From: Toensbergia leucococca
Taxonomy: Eukaryota
NCBI GenBank assembly: GCA_022813965.1
Contig: JALDZS010000143.1
Span: forward strand, 1-63,092
Reading direction: 5' to 3'
Length of the DNA: 63,092 nt
Below the pieces are notes generated by a model that saw only the letters and a list, made by a program, of their open reading frames with translations, was not told the DNA's origin and did not search any database. Shown one piece after another: positions 23,403 through 37,600 of the stretch (its first letter is position 1; every line of letters starts with the position of its first letter). Made by a program: the position numbers and the translations under genes.

Positions 23403-25285
23403 ATGGTGGACGGAGAGCCTAACCCTCCGACATGGAAGTTTACTCAGTAAGTCCTCACTCAGTATCTGTTGACGAAACGGGCCATGCTCGGGAAAGCTGT
23501 TCACAGAGGCATTGTTTCTGCCAAATCAACACCTCAACTTCAACCTCAACCTCAACATGCATGGTGGCATGGATGCAACGATGCATCTGGAGACTGAATT
23601 AGTGCGCTGGCTGAACAGTTGTGTTAGGTGCTTTGGCGACAAAGGCGATGTTGAGGACATCACAGAAGGTCGAGGCACTGTACTCCACGAGTAGTCTCTC
23701 ATGACTGATTTATGTGTTCCAAATAGCCGATATAATATCCACCGTCGAATTTGATCATACGGGTAATTATCTAGCCACTGGCGATAAGGGAGGCAGAGTG
23801 GTCCTGTTCGAACGGAACGAGACTGTAAGTTGCCTGTTGTGGGCTTTAGGCAAATCAATCGTGGAGTATGGTCTTCCATATTGAGCTTGACCTAATCGTT
23901 AGTAGAAGAAAACCTGCGAATACAAGTTCCATACCGAGTTCCAATCCCATGAACCCGAATTTGATTATCTCAAGTCATTGGAGATAGAAGAAAAGATCAA
24001 CAAAATCAAGTGGTGTAGACGGCAGAACGCTTCCCACTATTTACTTTCGACGAATGACAAAACAATCAAGCTGTGGAAGGTTTTTGAGAAGTCATTAAAA
24101 GTAGTGGCAGAAAACAACCTCTCACATGATCTTACACCAGGCGGTGCCATCGGCGGAGGTCCTCCACGATTAAACCCCAACGTCTCATTCCGCGATGCCG
24201 CATCCCTCAAGCTCCCACGTCTGACACATCATGACACTGTTGTTGCTGCCGTGCCTCGTCGGACATATGCAAATGCCCATGCTTATCACATCAATAGCAT
24301 ATCTGTTAACAGCGACGGCGAAACCTTCATTAGCAGTGATGACCTACGGATAAATCTATGGAATTTAAACATACAAGACCAAAGCTTCAATATTGTCGAT
24401 ATCAAGCCTGCAAATATGGAGGAATTGACTGAAGTGATCACCGCCGCAGAATTCCACCCCCAAAGCTGTAATTGGTTCATGTACGCAAGCTCAAAGGGCA
24501 CAATCAAGCTGGCAGATATGAGGGAAAGCGCGTTATGTGATCAGCATTCCAAGCGTAGGTACATGGACCGGGTGAGAAATTAAAGAGAAACTAATTTATG
24601 TTGTTGTAGAATTTGAGCAAGAAGAAGATCCTTCATCGCGCTCGTTCTTTTCGGAAATCATATCCTCCATTTCCGATGTTCGCTTCTCACATGACGGCAG
24701 ATACATTCTATCTCGAGACTATCTTACTGTGAAGATTTGGGATGTCAATATGGAGAGAACCCCTGTGAAGACTATCCCTATCCATGAACACCTCCGACCT
24801 CGACTGTGTGATACATATGAGAACGATAGTATTTTCGACAAGTTTGAAGTGGTCTTCTCTGGCGACGCCAAAAATGTCATGACTGGGAGCTATAACAATA
24901 ATTTCATGATCTATCCTTCAGATCCGGATAAAGAGACGGAGGTTGTCCTTCAGGCCGACAAGTCAGCTTTCAAGGCAAAAAAGGTCGGAGTGCCGACGCC
25001 AATAAATTCGTCCACAAGCCCTACGAACGGACCTGCAGGCAAGAAAGGAAATTCAAGGGCAGGTAGCCCAGCAGCGGGTACCGGCGGCCAAGGTGGCAGA
25101 ATGCGAAAAGAGACAGACGCGGATCAGATAGATTTCAACAAGAAGATCCTACACATGAGCTGGCATCCGTTCGAGGACAGCATTGCCATTGCGGCTACGA
25201 ATAATGTATGTAGTCAAAAAACCAATCTCCCTGGGAGGGTCAAGACTAACGGCGCATTTAGCTCTTCGTCTTTTCGGCATTGTAA
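23403..25285 (+). CDS. CDC55: PP2A regulatory subunit B55 (Cdc55/PabA), WD40
   Basis: WKFTQ/CFGDKG...[80 protein letters not shown]. Confidence 0.97.
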
Positions 25286-26005
25286 GCAAAAGCTTCCATA
25301 TCGTGCCGGTTGGCGTTGGATGAGTGTGGTGACCATGTCTGCACTGATTGCGATGGCGGCATACCCTTCTTGATGATCCGCTGAAGTTGGACACGTTAGG
25401 CACGAACAGTCTCAGGACTAAGAAATGAGACATATGCCACGGCGCGTGTGAAGCAAGTGCTTGCGAAGGTGGAAGGAACTCGAGATGGCACCTTGGTGAT
25501 ATGGGGGCAAAGAGATTCTATGGCATCGAGAAGGCGGTGAAACATGCATGGTGCAGTCCTTTCGACGGAGTGAAAGGGTGTGTGGGTAGCAGGCACACAG
25601 TAGTAGATGGAACATTTTTGGAATGTCGACGAGATTAAAAAGATCGACGATGAGTGCAGACTGCTGCGAGTAGACCATCGTGAAGATGTGATGCAGCCCT
25701 ACTAGGGCAGTCGAAGACGCCACAAAGATGGCGACGGGAGATCGTCAGCCTTGCGGTGATCCGAGTCCACCAACCTCTAAGTAATCGCCCGAATTCCAGC
25801 CTCATCAGATCACAGCATCATGTATAAGTAGAGTTGGTGTCTAGATTGTCCTGTGGGCATTGCTGGCACTGCTGCACAAATATGACTATGACGAATGACA
25901 TCACACATTGGCTTTCGCTTCCATACCCTGCACATCCTCCGTGCCTCCATGCTCTTGAACACGCTTGATGCCCTCTCTTCCTTTTCACATTCCAGATATT
26001 GTAAT

Positions 26006-27554
26006 ATGGCGAGACATCGCAGATCTAATTTCTCGCCTGCGCCTGACAATATTATGTCGTCCATCCTAGGCCCTCGTCGCCGCCATCTTCCCACCACCTC
26101 TTCCACTAATGGAGTACCTCCTGGCACCAAGGAGATCAACGCCGCTCGGTCCCTAGAGAACGTCAGGCCTGGTATTGACCCTGATGCCGGCTTCACCGTG
26201 TCCAGAGCCATTGGCGTAGCAGGAGCAATGCTACACGCCATGCTACCGGCTTTGTTGAGCTGGGGATTTACCATGGGCTTGATATTCGGGGGATGTTGCT
26301 CAAATGTTGGTACACTGGAAAGTGGGATAAGACTGGGAACTATTCAGCTAGAAAAGTAACAGGTCTTCGCGTTGGAAGCTATTGTGAAGTGAGTGTTTGA
26401 AGCTACGCTATGTTGCTCCTACTGATAATGATCTACCAGAGAAGAACCCGACATCGGTAGGCTCTTTCAGTCGCTAAGGTCGAATTAAATTGATGGGACT
26501 CGTTCCCTAGGCCTCCTTGTCACCTTCACCCAATTTGCCTTGACTACCTTGTTCACCTGGCCTGCCCACTTCTCCGCCTCACACCCTCCGTTTTTCCTGA
26601 AGCCTCGGGCAGTCCCAATAGCTCGTTGGGTCCCAAATATTATATTATTTTTCAGCGTCAATCTCCTCAACAATCTCGCCTTCAGCTACAACATTTCCGT
26701 GCCGGTCCATATTATCCTTCGTAGTGGAGGGAGCATCACTACCATGCTCGTCGGCTTCCTGTGGGGAAGACGATACACGCGCATGCAGGTCTTTAGCGTT
26801 GCATTACTCACTGTTGGAATCATCATAGCTGCAATGGCAGATTCTCGATCAAAGGTGCGTCCCTCGCTATGATTTCAACTTGCACCGGTAGCTCAATAGG
26901 TACTCACTCTAGGATAAAAGATCATCTACCTCGTTGAATGTGGAGCCCTCCTTCATCATCGGCCTTTTCATTCTCGCCTTCGCGCAAATTCTTTCTGCAA
27001 TTATGGGCCTTTATACCCAGATCACCTACGCTACTTACGGTTCTCACTGGCATGAAAACCTCTTCTATAGCCATTTCCTCTCCCTTCCCCTCTTCCTTCC
27101 TTTCTTCCCGTCGCTCCTGACCAAATTCTACCACCTCCTTTCTTCTCCACCAGTCATATTTTTTCCTGCTGATCACTATCTATCCATTCTGTCAATAAAA
27201 ACTGTACTCCTCGCCCAGCCAACTCCGTCACAACCTCGGAAACATCTATCGACGCAGCTCACCTCTTTGTGGTCGACTCCTAGTCTGCCCAAACACCTCA
27301 TCACTCTGGCAATCAACGCTCTCACCCAATACGCGTGCATTCGCGGTGTCAACCTGCTTGGCGCTCGAACATCGGCACTTGGTGTGACAGTGGTATTGAA
27401 TGTTCGCAAGCTTGTCAGTCTGTTTGCCAGCATCTGGTTGTTTGGAAACCACCTGCCTTTGGGCGTTTTAGTGGGTGCTGCAGTGGTGTTTGGGAGTGCA
27501 GGGATATGGGCTTGGGATGGACAGAGGCAGAGTAGAATTTACAACAAGACATAG
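26006..27554 (+). CDS. YEA4: UDP-GlcNAc/nucleotide-sugar transporter (UAA family, Yea4/SLC35B4)
   Basis: LIFGGCCSNV, LVTFTQF, NNLAFSYNISVPVHIILRSGG, WHENLFYSHFLSLP, TQYACIRGVNLL, LNVRKLVSL. Start codon uncertain. Confidence 0.88.
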
Positions 27555-27846
27555 GAGAATCACAGCAAGGGCTGCAACACAAAAACCACCAGTGCACGTC
27601 GCTCCCCCATGGCTCATTCAGTTCCACTGCAAAGCTTTCCATATGATGAGTACTGACAGGGTAAGTCGAATGTTGGTAGAGTACAAAGCCAGTGACTGGC
27701 CAATCCAAGAAGTTGAGCTTTCCGCCACCTGAGCTCGTATCCAGCGGAGACCATCCTCGACGATCGCGCTAGATACGGGCAATAACGTACAAAACACCGC
27801 AATATGCCCCTCACCAGGCGCACGTCCTAAATTAAGCCAGTCCTTT

Positions 27847-30471
27847 CTACAGCACCTCCCCCACGATCCTCGCTGCCTCCCTGTAAGTCAGTAGCAGCTT
27901 TTCACACTTTTCCCTCTCGGCCTTGATACCGTCATCTTCGTATAGTAAATCTCCAAAGTACTCCTCTTTATATAGCTCACTTACGAGGCGGTTCTGCACC
28001 ACGTCCTTGGAGTGATTAACGAGCAGGTGCATTACAGCTTTGGGGACCTGGTCGGCAATGCTTTCACGCACAATGTTGAAATATGAGGATATAAGGCGGC
28101 GGATGAGTTCGGTTTCGAGCGCCTCACGTTCGCTAAGCTCAGGGTCTTGTAAATGCGTCGGTGGCTGTTGTAGTGCTTGATCAGCATCACTTTAAATTGG
28201 ACTTTATAAAGATTTGACGACAAATAAATGGACTTACGAATCGTGAGTCATGATCAAAGTCTCTATTTGATCTTCCCGATTCGTATTCATCCTGGCCAAA
28301 TTGTGACTGGATTGGCGAAGACCTATCCATGACTCGATTGTCTCCTCTTCGTATGCTTTGACTGAAGCTCGGTTCGGCATTATGACTGACATGGCGGTTG
28401 CCCATCGCTGCGGCAGCGGCCGTGCCCCCAACAGCGTTCAAGCCAGAGGAGGGTAGGCCGCCTTCTTTGCCGAAGAAATAATTTAGAAACGAGTCGCGTG
28501 TATTCCCAGATGCTGCACCCCCAAACCGTGGTGGTGAGCCTGATCGTGCGCCGTTGAGTGTGGACGCGATATTGCTGTAACCATTTTCGGGACCACGGCC
28601 TACAGCGGGAGACATACTCCTGCTGACCTTGGCCGTGTTGCTCCGGATTGGTAGTCCTTGAGTGGCTTTCGCCTCCCCCAGAATTTCGTCCTCATCTTCA
28701 GGAGTTTCGGTACCATTGACACCTCCCAGCTCCTTCAGCCTCCGTCGTTCTCGCTTTCGACGCTCATCAGTTGCTACAGCTCTCTTCTCCTTTTCTTGCT
28801 TGTCTTGAATGACAGATGACATTGCCGCGGCGGCGCCAAGAAAATTGGGGTGGTTAGTATTTATGTAAGCACGTTGAATTGCAATAAGGGACTCGACGTA
28901 ACCCGAGCACGGTCCTAACCGTTCTCGGAGTAGATCAGAGACTACTTCGATGAGTTTGGCTTGGAGGCGAGGAAAACGTGAGAGCTCGGTGGAGCCGCAG
29001 GTATGGCAGATTTTGATGAGCTCCTCGTAGACTAATTCGACACAGCGTTGGCTGGGAACCTCGAGCATCTTAATCTGAGGCTTCACAAGGAGGTCAAAAG
29101 CAAGTTCGGGTACGAAGAGGCTGGGACGGGGTCCAGTGGAATTACGAATTGCGGTTCGTATGTCAAGTACCGAAAGATTGGTCGTAGGGTCAATGGTTTC
29201 CAGCGAATTTCCGAACACAGAATTGAAAATATAATAAATCCTCGCGCCACCACACAGTTCTGTAGTCGATATTTCCAAAGACGTTCCATCTATCGAGGAA
29301 ATGAAGGACGAAGCAAAGCGGGTCATGAGCTGCAGGATCAAAGAGCCTCGATGCTCTTTTCCGCTGAATTGTTTATTGCCATAGCTGGCTAGTTCCTGCT
29401 GGGTCTGCCCCATCAGCGTATTCAGCCTAGCCTTTATGTCCGGTAGTCGATCCCGTATATGGGCCATGAGAGTAGTGTTGAGTGTCTTGGCAAGGAATTG
29501 CGTCCCACATCGATCAGCCATGTTCCGATATGCAGGGTGGTGCCTAAAAAAATCCGATTCTGATTTCAGGGCGTCTGCTAGAGCCTTTCTTTCTTGAATG
29601 TCGTGCTGCGAACGATTGACTACCCCAATGAAGCCCAATTTTAAGGGGTATACGCGGCCCGAGAGAATGTCAAGAGCATTTGTCCCGTGGTCCATAAGAT
29701 CTAGCTTCGTGAGCACGCCAATCGTCCGTCGTCCCATTGGATCGACATGCCGAGCAAGTTTAAGAGCTTCTGAGTTGACGATATCCACATTCGCCGGCGA
29801 GACTGCCAAGATAATGCTATTGGGTTTGGCAATATACTCTGATATGAGGTTTCTGGTCTGTTTCTCTATGTCTGAGGGCTGGTCTCCTATGGGAACCTTG
29901 GTCAAACCAGGGAGGTCCACCAAGGTCAAACTTAGAACATGGGGCGAGTAAATCTTGAGGTTGATTGGCTGCCTATTGATTCCCTTGTTTGTGCCAGCTA
30001 TCCTCGCCGTCTCATTCTCAATCTCCCTTTTGACCTCAACGAAGTCGTGAAATTTCCGCCCAGGGATGTGATGAAATTCTGCCCATTCACCCTGCCCTGC
30101 CACACTTGCCGCTGTATGCGGGATGTGTACTTCGTCATTCTCGGGCTTGTCATCTCGCTCACTGGGTACGTTGATGAGTTGGAGGATCAGAGGCCGCCTC
30201 GTTACAATTCCGCTACCTCGAGGGAGAAAATCTCTGCCAACGATGTTCTCCAAGACAGATGACTTCCCAGAGGATTGCGAACCTACTACAACCTGCCATG
30301 AAGTCAGCCAATGCCCGAGAGCTGCGTCAGGCGTGTGAAACCCCTTAAGAGCGGAGGGTTAGTGGGGCATACAATCTGAGGCAGATCCAAGGAGTCATTC
30401 CCGATTGTATTGAACACAAGGTCCTGGAGCTTGTTGACTATGCCTAGCAAATCCTCTCCGAGGGAAGCCAT
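27847..30471 (-). CDS. DNM1: Dynamin-related GTPase for mitochondrial/peroxisomal fission
   Basis: VNKLQDL, GSQSSGKSS (G1), DFLPRGSGIVTRRPL, DLPG (G3), TKLD (G4), middle domain, insert B, GED (DQVPKAVMHLLVN). Confidence 0.95.
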
Positions 30472-31399
30472 AGGAAGTGGCTTTGGCAGCAAGCTGCCAG
30501 ATTTTGAAAAGTGTAGAACCCGGCAACGGAAAGGATTTTCGCGTCACGCAGAGGGCTATCACGGGATGTTGTAAGTCCTTGAATATTGGGGATATATTCT
30601 AGTGAATATTTTGCCGCAAAGTTAAAACAGTGCCCAGCAGGTAAGATGTATGTACCTAGTTAAAGAATGAATGATTGTTGCCAGACACGAGAGCAGGCGT
30701 TACGTATTGATGCTCCTAGTTAGGTTCCCCCAAGTTTCCGCTTCACTCGGCTCACTTGCCGATCTGTTTTTGCGAAGTGTCTACTGATAGAAATACCTCG
30801 GTCCCTCGGTCCGCCCACAAATACGAATACGCGTTGATCAGTGGTCACCCTGGTGAACAGCACGTGTATGATGAGGGTCTTTGGCCTACTCATACGAGTA
30901 CTCGTACTCATACGCGTACAAAATTACGATAGCTTGACTTCGTTCACGACACCAGATTCATTCTTGATTGAGTGCAAGTGGATTGAATACTAGCCCTGTG
31001 CTTCGAGAACACTCTACCCATCTGTGTATTGGTGAAGTATTGAGCGGACTCCTGTGTGACATAGGTATCTACCTCATGACCGAGTCGGCGAGAAAGTACG
31101 CCTAGTCTGCGACTGCTGATGGGCGAGCATCTACATGACGATGAGTCCTTCTGTACCGAGAATAAGTTTGATGGATAACATTGTGATAAGTTTCCATATT
31201 TCCATACATGGTTAGGAAAGGGATTCGCACAAGAAGCCTGGCAAAGAAGCATTGCAAAGCACCCTGAGTCTCATACTTCGAAGATAGAGGTAGTGCTTGC
31301 TTTGGACGTAGTTTGACATAAGCAGATCTTGCTTTCCATACCTCAAGCTCTGGCTACATGGTGGAGATCACACTACCATACGGAATTATCTTTGCTGCA

Positions 31400-34121
31400 T
31401 CATTCGTCCAGCTGTACATAATTGGCAGGGAAAAGACCTGATTTCCCACCATACTCTCCGGACCACCAGTCTTCATCTGGAAACTCCTGTTGCACAACAT
31501 TAGCACTATTAACGCGTTCTACTGAGATTGCACTCACGACGCTCGTGATTTTGGCATTTTCTGGGAAACTTAATTCGTTGTCCTCCGCGGCCTCGTAATC
31601 GTAGAGAGCTGTAGCTACAGGTCCGTGGCTGGCCAAACCAGTGCCAGCAGCATCTGACGGAGGCCCTGCAGGAATGGTAGCTTCCATAGTAGGCTCGTGC
31701 GTGGCAGCTCCTTCACTTTGCTCGTCTCCCTCAATAAGTTCAACATAGTTGCTTGGGAATAATCCACTCTCTCCGTGCACATTTCGCCCTATCCACCAAT
31801 CTTCATCCACCATTTCGATATTGGTCACATACTCCCCTTCTTTCAGTTCCAATTCATTGTCTTCTGCTTTTTCATAATCATATTGTACTAGCGCACGTTT
31901 CCCGGCCTCGTTTACGGCTGAACGAGCCGATCTAGGGGCTTCTCTTCCAAATGAAGTGGCTGCAACAGCCGCGCCAGCGCCACGGGCTGGGTCATGTCCC
32001 GATGGCTCTTCGGTGAGGTCGTCTTCGTGAGGAACGGCCTGTGCGAGCGAGCGAGCAGGCATAGAGGGAGGGGGTGAGAATTGCTCTTCTCTAGCATCCT
32101 CGACTTCCGGCTCTTGACCCCGTCCGACAGGCATAGCGACACGAATAGGAGAGCCTGAACCCGTCTCGGGTGGCGTTGGCGGCGTAGGGCTCCGAGGCGG
32201 CTGAGGTGGGAGCGCGGGCATTCTCGAGATTTGCTGTGGCTGTGCCTGTTGCTCTTGCTCTTGCTCTTCCTCTTCCTCTTCCCCTTCCTCTCTAGGTGGT
32301 CTAGACGGCCGAGTAGGGAGGCCTGGAATAGAGTTATCGCGGCCAGCATTTGGCTTGCTTGATATATCAAGTGGGGGTGGACTGGTTCTAGAGCGATGAG
32401 AAGTCGTAGCAGTAGAACCCATTGGAGGTGCAACTTTGAATCGATCTCTGATTGCGCCAACGCCTCCAACAGGAGACCGTGGGGCTTCTTCCGGCCGCTC
32501 TTCATCTTGATCCATACCTTGTGGTCCAAGGCCTTCAGTAGATTGCCCTGTCTTTGTGATCTGCACTGGAGCCCAACTCTTCCCTCCGTAACCGCTTTTC
32601 CACTCTCCACCCCCTGATGTCTGGCTTGCTATTGGAGATGCGGGTCCTCTAAAACCTACAGAGGGTTGGCTTTCGCTTGCTCCACTCAGCCCCTGCTCAC
32701 GTGCCTTCTTCTCGGCCCACAATTGAGCTGGAGTCTTTCCGCCCTGATCAGCAAACGTCCTTCCTACTCCAGCTGGAGGTGCAGTAGGGGCCACTTTTGA
32801 TTCCAGACCAAAAGCTCCAGGGGTTGGAGCTTTGGTCCCTGTAAAGTTGGTCTTGCCAGATCCAAAACGGTTGGCCACTTTAGGCTTTGGGAGTGATGTG
32901 AGGCGTTCGGAGGAAGAGAATGGTGCTGATCGATCCGGTAGAGATCTTCGCTCTTCACCAATATCATCTTTTCTTCCATAGGTATCTGCAGCTCCAGGCG
33001 ACACCCTTGATTGAGCTGGGAAGGCGCCTTCTGTCGGTCCTTGCGCTCGTGCTCGAATGTCTGCGATATTAACCTTACCCACGGGTTCATATGATCCTTT
33101 TACAATAGTTGGTCTATCGTCTTTGTTGGCCCCGGTATCTTGGGCCTGTCGACGCAGTGCTGCTATGTCTACTTTTCCGATTGGTTGGTAAGCTCCTTTA
33201 ATCACGTCACTGTGTCCGATTGAATCGTCTTTCCGTCCGCCATTGAAATTTGATGGTTCGGCCTTCTGGCTACTCAATTCTCGCATATTTACTTTGGTCG
33301 GTTGATACGAAGGCTGCACCTTTTCAAGTTGTGTCCGAGTAACTGGAGGCGCGTCTTGACCCCAGCCATCTTCATCGACGGTTGTATCTTTTGGCGCGCT
33401 GGGCCGAGATAATGGGTTGAAACCCCTAGGGCCTCCACTGCTACGAGTAGGCATAAAAGCAGGTTTAGAAGAAATTGGAGGGGGGCCGCTGCCCGTCGGA
33501 GATGAGACACCCGTAGAGTACTTAGACCCTGATGCATCTGACACTTTCTGAACAATGGCTTCCGGGGTAAGGTCTCGATCCGACCGTGCAGTCACTTGTA
33601 CATGGTAGCCCTAGACCTACATCAGACTCTTCGGAAGGCATACATTGCAGTTGCAGAATAGAGATTGCCTACATGGAGAACCTTGGACACTGCTGCAGAG
33701 TGGCTGGTGAAATAGCCTTTTGTTCTCTCTGGAACTCCTTCGCCACACCATCCAATGAGAACATATTTAGGCAGTGATGTGTTTGGATCCTTGACTTTGA
33801 CAAATGCGAATTGGACCCTGCCATCTGAGAATTCCTCGATTAGGTCGGTTAATTCACCTTCTGGGAAAGTGTTAGCTCGAAACTCTTATGACGTTCTAGC
33901 CAGAGACACTTACCGCCAGTACTCTGGACTTTCAAGACGCTCTCTTGTCCACCCGAATTTTGTTGGAACGCATTAAGCAGCGGCGCTGAGACGGAGAAGA
34001 CAGCCCATTGACCATAAGTACGAGAGTTTGCGGGAGCTCCGGAAGGTGCGGGGGCATTGACAATGGACTGATAGCTTCTGGAGATGGAAGGTCCATTAGT
34101 AGATAAATTTAGTGTTGCCAT
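31400..34121 (-). CDS. ABP1: Actin-binding protein Abp1/drebrin-like (ADF-H, Pro-rich region, two SH3)
   Basis: ADF-H (LPKYVLIGWCGEGVPERTKG, YHVQVTARS) and two C-terminal SH3 domains (ALVQYDYEKAEDNEL...GLFPSNYV; ALYDYEAAEDNEL...GLFPANYV). Confidence 0.93.
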
Positions 34122-34645
34122 TGTGCGTTCATCAATGTTGTTGATAGGTAATACATCGAATAAGTGTGCATGCAATGTGCCATTCGGCTGCTCAGGGTTG
34201 AAGTTGCACGGAGGAACTATTCGCCGAGGAACGCTTCTGATTGACTGCCTCACTTTGAATTTGCCGAACACCACCATTCATTATTCACGAAATCTTAGGA
34301 AACCTTCTTTCCTCTGCATACTTGTCTCTGCATCCATCTCTTGATCAGCTAGAAACGCGGCCCTTTTTGAATAGCCCTCTGGAACCAACAGGTTGGACCT
34401 TCTCGAGGTTTGGTCTCGAGTTTACCCTTTGGAAATCGACTCTGTATTTGTTATCCTGTCTTATCGAGGTTTCTTGAATACTGTTGTGAATCTCCTCTCT
34501 ACTCGTCCTTTGCTGGCGCATAAGTATAATTTCCTCTTGCTATATCCTATTTCTCTAGACATTGCGCCTCTGAGGACATAATCCGCCTCTTAGTCAGGAA
34601 CGTCCAAAAGTGGGGAATCTTCTGCGATGAGGATACATTCAAGAT

Positions 34646-37600
34646 ATGTACTCATCTTCCGTCAGCCCTGCTTCTTCATCCGACCTCTATTCAGCTTCGG
34701 AGCCTGTGGAAACTGCTGCACAGCTCCAACCCCCAGGTTGGAGTAAATCATCGACGGGAAACGGACCGCACCCACCTTTGGAGGATCGAAGTTTCGGTTC
34801 AGAAGGACGTACTAGTCCGCTGTCAAGGACCTCGACCTCGTCGCAGAGTTTACAAGGGCTTCGAGATGGGCCGATCGACGGAATAAAGGGATTTGGCCCA
34901 CCTAGCCCGTTACCTGTAAATTTCGGAACCAACGGAACCGCGCCTGGTTTAAATCAAAAAAGAAAGCGAAAAACTGAAGAGGAAGTTCTAGACCAAGAAA
35001 AGGGACAATCTCTAAGTCAAGACGAAACACGCAATCTGCTTACCACAGGGGGGACTGATGGCTCTGGCAACGGAAATCGCGAACATACCCGTATTTGCAC
35101 TGATGGATCCAAGCGTCTAAAGGCTGATGGGGACACCACCGAGAATGTACCGTGGCTGGGGCATGGCGAAGGATCTACCGCCATAGCATATCTCGCGTCT
35201 AGGCCTCCTGTTTTACCTGCCGAGCTTTGGCAGCATGTATTTTGTTTCGTTCCTCCAGTTTTTCTTGGGCGCCTGCTACGTGTCAATCGCGCATTCAATA
35301 CGTATTTAAATCCAGGTAAAATCGATGAGACCGTTCCCAAGCAACCGCTTCACGGCGTGGTACGGCCTTTGAACGCCCAATTAATCTGGACTGCCTCCCG
35401 TAGGCGCTTTTGCCCCGGACTACCCAAACCGATTTTTGGATTACAGGAATTGGATATGTGGAGACTCCTCCGCGGTCAGAGATGTCAAATCTGTGGGAAG
35501 ACAAGCATCACGTCTACAGACACAATCCGCGAGAGTCCATGGGAATCCGGCCCTGGTGAAAATGGCGTCAGAGTCACCTGGCCTTTTGGTGTAAGATCTT
35601 GCGGTTCTTGTTTACAGAAACAGTCTGAAAAGGTCTTGTCGATCTCTCAAATCACGCTTGCCGTTGAACCCCGGCTACTACATGCTGACCTTGTTATAGG
35701 AAGTGACCTTACATCTGTCTTCGTTTCCGTCCTTCCTGTTGCCAGCTCTTCCTTTTGCTTTCTTATCGCATTCAAATCACTTCATTCCCACCACTGCTTT
35801 ACGCAATGGTACACCTCCATCTTCATTGCAATGGGCCAAATGCTATTTCAAGCCTCACATCGAGGATATCAAAAGAAGGCTTGACGAGGCAAGAGAACTT
35901 GGGTCTGCTTCTGCCGAGGAATGGATTAAAGGTTTGGATCGCGAAGGAAAGGAGAGACTCAACGATGTCCTCCGCTGGGAAATGTGGGAAGCCAAAGGTG
36001 GCTTGAAAAAGGTAAACTCGCGACCACATAATAGGAAGACTATTACTACTGGAATTCAAATAAACACTGTGGTGCCGATGAGCGAAAATCATTCCGATCG
36101 ATCGACGCCACAGGGTTTACCATTTTCAACCAAGGCAGATGCAAATGGTGGTTACGGGAGCCCTGCACCTACCGCTTCTCTTAATACCCCGTCTTTTTCA
36201 CAAAGCTCAGCATGTACGTTTGAATGTTGCCCCTATTTCTCACCGCGTGCATGAGCCTGCAATACTGAAACTTTCCTTTCTCATAGCATATTCGTCTTCA
36301 TGGCCCGCCACCGCGCCTTTACAGGATGGCCTGCCTCAGCGGTACCACAATTCATTTCCGCAGCCACCACGGCCTGAACGCAGCATACGTGATGTTAATG
36401 AAGCGAAAGCAGCGCGCCGAGCAGAAATAGAGCGTCGGTCCGCAGTGTTGGATCCGCCATTGCATCCAGAGGTATTAAATCATATGGAGTCATTTCAAGC
36501 CGCCATTCAAATAACTGCACCCCTTACAGATCACGCTTGGGAAGTTTTAAAACCTCGCCTTCTCGCTCAACGCGAATACGCGAAGCGGCGAGAGATGGAG
36601 CAAGCCCAACACAGTCTACTAGTCCAAGCGAAATATAACCAACAACGGCAACAAGAAGCCCAGCTAAAGCAGGCCAAAGAGACCCTGGATCGAGAATGGG
36701 ACAACGCTCAAGCGCCCGTCCGTAACCACTTGAGTAAATTGGCAGACCAAATCACTGAAGACATGTGGTCAGGAGGGAAAAGCGTAACAAAAGACACTAG
36801 TCCAAAATATGCGGCAGACGTACTGCTGTATGTCCGTCAACAATTTTACGCTGAAATAGCTGAAGAGGACGAAGGTGCCCGCGCAGCGGGTAATGTTGTC
36901 AAAGCCGACTCACACAATGAACCTCCAACTCGAAAGTTAATCTTGGAAAATATGAAATGGGTGTTCGATACTAAAATCAAGCCCATGACAGAACATTTCC
37001 AGAAGGAATTGTTTCTATGCAACGGCTGCGAAGGAAATTTCAAATTCTACGGTTTCGAAGGTGTAGTTCAACATTATGCCGCAAAGCACACCACCACTCT
37101 TAGTATGGGAAGCGTTGTGGTGCACTGGCGCGCAGAGTGGCCTGAGCATCCTCCATTTCACCCTAACCCAAGTACGGCAAAAGCAGCTTACTACGCAATA
37201 CCGACACCAGTAAGTACATCTATACCTATGCAGTCTGCCAGAGCACCAATTGGCTATACTGGATATGCGGACTTTGGATCTCGGATACCTTCCCAGGCGT
37301 ATGGTGTAACCCAATTCTCCCCCGGTCCTTACCGCGCATCCTATCCAGGACAATTTCAAGATGGGCCTTATCCTCCGCCACCGCCTCAACATTATTATCC
37401 ATTGCCGTCAGGAAGCTCGGGCCACGTTCAAGTGATACCACCGACTTCTAAATACGAAATGGACCTTTCTAGATCGCAAAATAGCTATCATGGCAGCGGT
37501 GGCTACAATAGTTTTTCGTCAATGATACATGGACAGAATCAGCAGGGATACGATTCTCCATTCCAACATTATAATCACCCAGTGCCTCTACATGAGCACG

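Noticed and set aside
30868..30970. C/D box snoRNA (ATGATGA at 30868)
   Set aside because: No suitably placed CTGA D box or terminal stem.
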